DNA of 63,986 nt, filler included, from Thelocarpon superellum (Eukaryota), in NCBI GenBank assembly GCA_026025795.1. It is 10 parts of 10 records of this genome, joined end to end, with 100 filler letters (N's around TTAATTAATTAA, not from the genome) between each part and the next. Parts side by side here need not be neighbours in the genome. Positions count along the whole stretch, not along the records: positions 57,810 to 63,986 come from JAPEUG010000687.1; 9 more parts are not named here. One strand, 5' to 3'. The stretch's first letter is position 1, and each line of letters begins with the position of its first letter. Below are positions 60,542 through 63,986 of this stretch, one piece after another. Below the pieces are notes generated by a model. The model was not told the DNA's origin. It ran no database searches and saw only the letters and a list, made by a program, of their open reading frames with translations. Made by a program: the position numbers and the translations under genes.

Positions 60542-63500
60542 CACCGACGGCTTGCCCAAGGAAACGGGTGGACGAGATGAGATCAGGATTCTCGTCTCGT
60601 GCACGGCGGGCTCACGTGCGAGGGTTCTATCCCGGCAGTCTTTGAATCACGCTCGGGGGGCGAAGCACTTCCCCCGGGGTGCAAGTCTATCGCTCCAAAG
60701 GATACGGGCAACCGGGCTTCGACACGGGCCTCAGAAACACCTGGCAACGTCTCGGATCAATCAATGGCGATAGGTTGAATCAGGCGCGCGATGGCCGATT
60801 CCAGGAGTGGGTCACACGGGTAGAAAGTGATGAGATCCCTGGGGTCTGGACGGCGTCTTTACGTTGATCGACCCAAAAAACCTCCGATGAATGGGGAGCT
60901 GAAGATTCAGCAGTCACACTGCGCACAAATCCAGGCTGACACATCGCGCGTTCGTTTGCCTTGCTGGGCTCTCCATGATCCTTTGATCCATGCTCGGGGA
61001 AGGACATAACTTTTGCCTATATGTCTGGTCGCGACATGTCCGGATTGTAGTTGATGGCCCCTCCGATCACCACGTGTAATCCTGCGCACCCGCTGCCGCC
61101 GCGACCACCATGTCTTCCACCATGAAGAAATCCGTGTAAAGAACGAGGACGTGGCCGTGAGCGAATCGGCGATGGTGACAAAGACCCTGACGAGCGCGCA
61201 ACGAGACTGTCTGTTGCTGTTCCACGACCATGGAGACGGACTATGGATTCACCAGCGACGTGGTTGAATGGGAATGGGGCGATTGATGTACATGTCGCCG
61301 TCGTCGCACATGTTGGCTGACGCTTGCATCTCCCAGGCCTTGGACATGTTGCAAATATCATCCAGCTGCTCCTGGAGCGGGAGTCGGTCAGTCCTTCGCT
61401 CGCTCGCCGCTGGACGAGAGGCGGCAAGTTTTGCAACAACCGTCGTACCTTGGTCAGGGCAACCCCCCCTGGAGCGGCCACAAGGTAGCCATCTCTCCCC
61501 TGCCACCACTTGCGTCAGCGTCGTTGACGTCTGGCTGCCTCGCAATTGCAGTACCTGATGGACGTAGGGGCGAATGAACGCCTCTGGTCCGAGATAATAT
61601 CCTATGGTGCTTTGAAGGACTGGCCTAGAAATGCCAAAATTGGAGATCCAGAACCATCTGCATGGGGATGGCATGGTACCGGCGATTGCCTGCGAGCTCT
61701 CTTACACGACTGGGTCGGTGAGCGAGCCAGAGAAATGCTGGGGCTTGTTGATACAACGGTCGGGAGGCAGGTGGAGGAGGAAATGCATGATGGACGGACG
61801 GGCACGCCTAATGATATATCTTGATGCATTCCCGGTGGCGAAGATGGATCGTGACTGGGAGAGCCACGCGGGAACTGAGCTCACACCCGGCACGAGATAG
61901 GGTGAGGGCAGCACCGCAATTCCACGATGCATGGCAGGTGTGCCAATGGAACGCTTGTGTGATATAACTTCTTAGCCCTGACGAGGCGGCGGCCGCCTGC
62001 TCCCCTGCCCGATTAGCCGTGTAACCTGGGTGGGCCGCAAAGTAAGCAAGGAGAAGAAGCATCAAACGCCATGTCGAGTGACAAAGTCAAAGCTTCGCAG
62101 GCTCGTCGACTGAACGATAAGATGCCTCCTGAGCAGCGGGAATGCTTCGACGACCTTCCTTTCCATCGTTAATGGGACAAACTTCTTCAGACCTGGCTCA
62201 AGTCACGCTTATTCTCATTATCGTCGTTGCCCGATCAAGACTCCCGTCGCTGTCGTGGGACAAGAGACGACCTGGACATGCACAGCACCCCTCACCGACT
62301 CGTCAAGGCCAATGGTCGACATCTGCAACTAGGCATGGTGCGAAGTCACAGTCGCTCTGATGGCCAATCGATGCCGCCCGCCTTACGAATCACGTTGCCT
62401 GTCCAATTAGGCTGCGAAGCGCCCACCATTTGCAGATTCTGCATTCCTCTTAGCAGTCTATCGCATTTTCGTAGTTCTCCCATCCCGTCGATTCGCCACG
62501 TCATTCGATTAGCATCTTCTGCTTGGTGGTACCTCCTCTTATTAGCCCACGGCAAATCGGAGTTGCGTCATGCCGTGAACATGGATGGTCCCAGCAAACC
62601 TGCCGAAACTGGGATGCGGGACGGAATCAGTGTAATTGCGCGTTACCTGGCAATCTCTTCCGGTCGAGTCGTGGCAAGTCGAAGGGAAAGGTTGATGCCA
62701 GAGGAGGAGATGCAACCAAGCCCTGCCATCAATTGGCGTTCAACTCCTACCTGCTCTGACGTGGTTTTGAAAGTCTCTTGAGGGCTGCGATTGAACCACT
62801 GGCCTTCTTTATCTACCTTAGCCTGCTATCGTTCCGCGAGCTTAGCTTCAGTAGGTCAGAAGTACGTCCTCCATGTTCCACCACGTGCGGTAATGAGGCT
62901 CACCGCTGCCGTCAGACGCGCCTTGATTTCTCTGCTCAAGGTCTGGACCCTAGGCTCTTCGACCACAGGGCGGTGCCGGTGAGTGGCATGGATAAAAGCT
63001 GATGACAATCACCTTCGCCTCGCAGAAGTGCCATCACCCTCTCGTCATCGTGTCCATTCAGGCGCCGCTGCCTCTGGGTGGTCCGCCATTAGCCTGACTC
63101 ATCTCACAGCAGCACACCTTTTCTTTTCATCTCGACGTTCAGCTCTATTTGCATGACTGCGACTTCGAAAGAATCCACCAGGCTGCCCACGCAGCCGGAC
63201 CGTGGACACCTCACCCTGGGTGACCAGGCCCGGCAGTCTTTGGTGCCCCCAATCATAGGCGTAGAGCTATCTGTCATCTGTTCACAGACCCTTGTCCATT
63301 TGGAGCCTCCCGCTTCAAACTCACGCTTTCTCGGTGTATTTCCAAAACATTTTTTTCAACGTCAATTGAAGGCGGGATTTGTCACGGTGTTGATTTGTCA
63401 AAGTTAGTTGAGTGGTGGGGGGCGGAGTCTGGGGTCGCCGGGTGCGGAGTGCGGGGTGCGGCCATGTCGACTACGAGCAACCCAAACCTCCATCGCCCCA

Positions 63501-63986
63501 CCAGCGACGATCTGAGATGGCAGAATGGCTATTTGTCACGAATTGATGCTGCATCAGCTTGCACGACTAGGCCCATTAACCCACCATAACTTGTGATAAA
63601 ATGACAAAGGGATTGAAACTAAGAAGATCTTTTTTAGTGATGGATGGCAGACGAGACGCTTGGCGGTTTCGCGTACGCAAATGTTGGACACCTGTGTAAT
63701 CTCACGCAATCGTGCCGATGAACTCGGCTACAGTAGATCTCCCGAGACGGGGGGGAGGGGGGCGGGAGGGGTCAGCAGCAGGCCGGGACGAACCGTCAGA
63801 GGTGAACGTTTCGGAGTCACTCATCGCCCGGGAGGCGGAGGCAGTACGATACTCGAGCGTCGACCGCGACGATCTGACGCCTTCACCAGCACGGCCCGCC
63901 AGCTTGGCTTCGCACATGCTGGCCCTGTAATTTGACCTGCCCACGATGACGGGTTACACGGCACGAGGTGAAGCACTGGAGGCGAT

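Noticed and set aside
60827..60902. Possible box C/D snoRNA (GTGATGA...CTGA, about 76 nt)
   Set aside because: No convincing terminal stem or recognisable rRNA guide; would need a snoscan or Rfam search
60600..63986. Short ORFs downstream of TEN1
   Set aside because: No family motifs, coherent exon chain or terminal repeats recognised; left unannotated

Overview
Intron-rich, GC-rich genomic DNA from a filamentous ascomycete (Pezizomycotina-like). The window is not one locus. It is 10 unrelated contigs of about 6.2-6.4 kb, sorted by decreasing length and joined by artificial 100-nt spacers (N44-TTAATTAATTAA-N44), so adjacency only means something within a contig. About 23 protein-coding genes can be reconstructed by hand: U1-C, glutamine synthetase, Rad4/XPC, Gid4/Vid24-like, DgoD-like galactonate dehydratase, MSH6, PalI, GST, NAD kinase, Rrp46, PTPA/Rrd2, Pex4-like E2, SF3B4, DUF2015, eL28, MDH, Cdc1-like, ZFYVE19-like, LMBRD1-like, thymine 7-hydroxylase, isoorotate decarboxylase, Snf7 and Ten1. 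There are also a few hypothetical genes and decayed relics (aspartic protease, protein kinase). No rRNA, tRNA, CRISPR array or clear transposon was seen. The most striking observation is in the gene for U1-C, the 5' splice-site recognition factor. It yields its conserved MPKFFCDYC N-terminus only if a non-canonical, U2-type-looking AT-AC intron and a 6-nt microexon are used, which suggests a splicing autoregulation sensor. Other highlights are a cryptic intron through the MDH stop codon that would create a PTS1-like -PKL end, a head-to-head T7H/IDCase thymine-salvage pair, and a FYVE-less ANCHR-like protein with two MIM1-like motifs. All gene models come from manual reading and family recall; no database searches were run.
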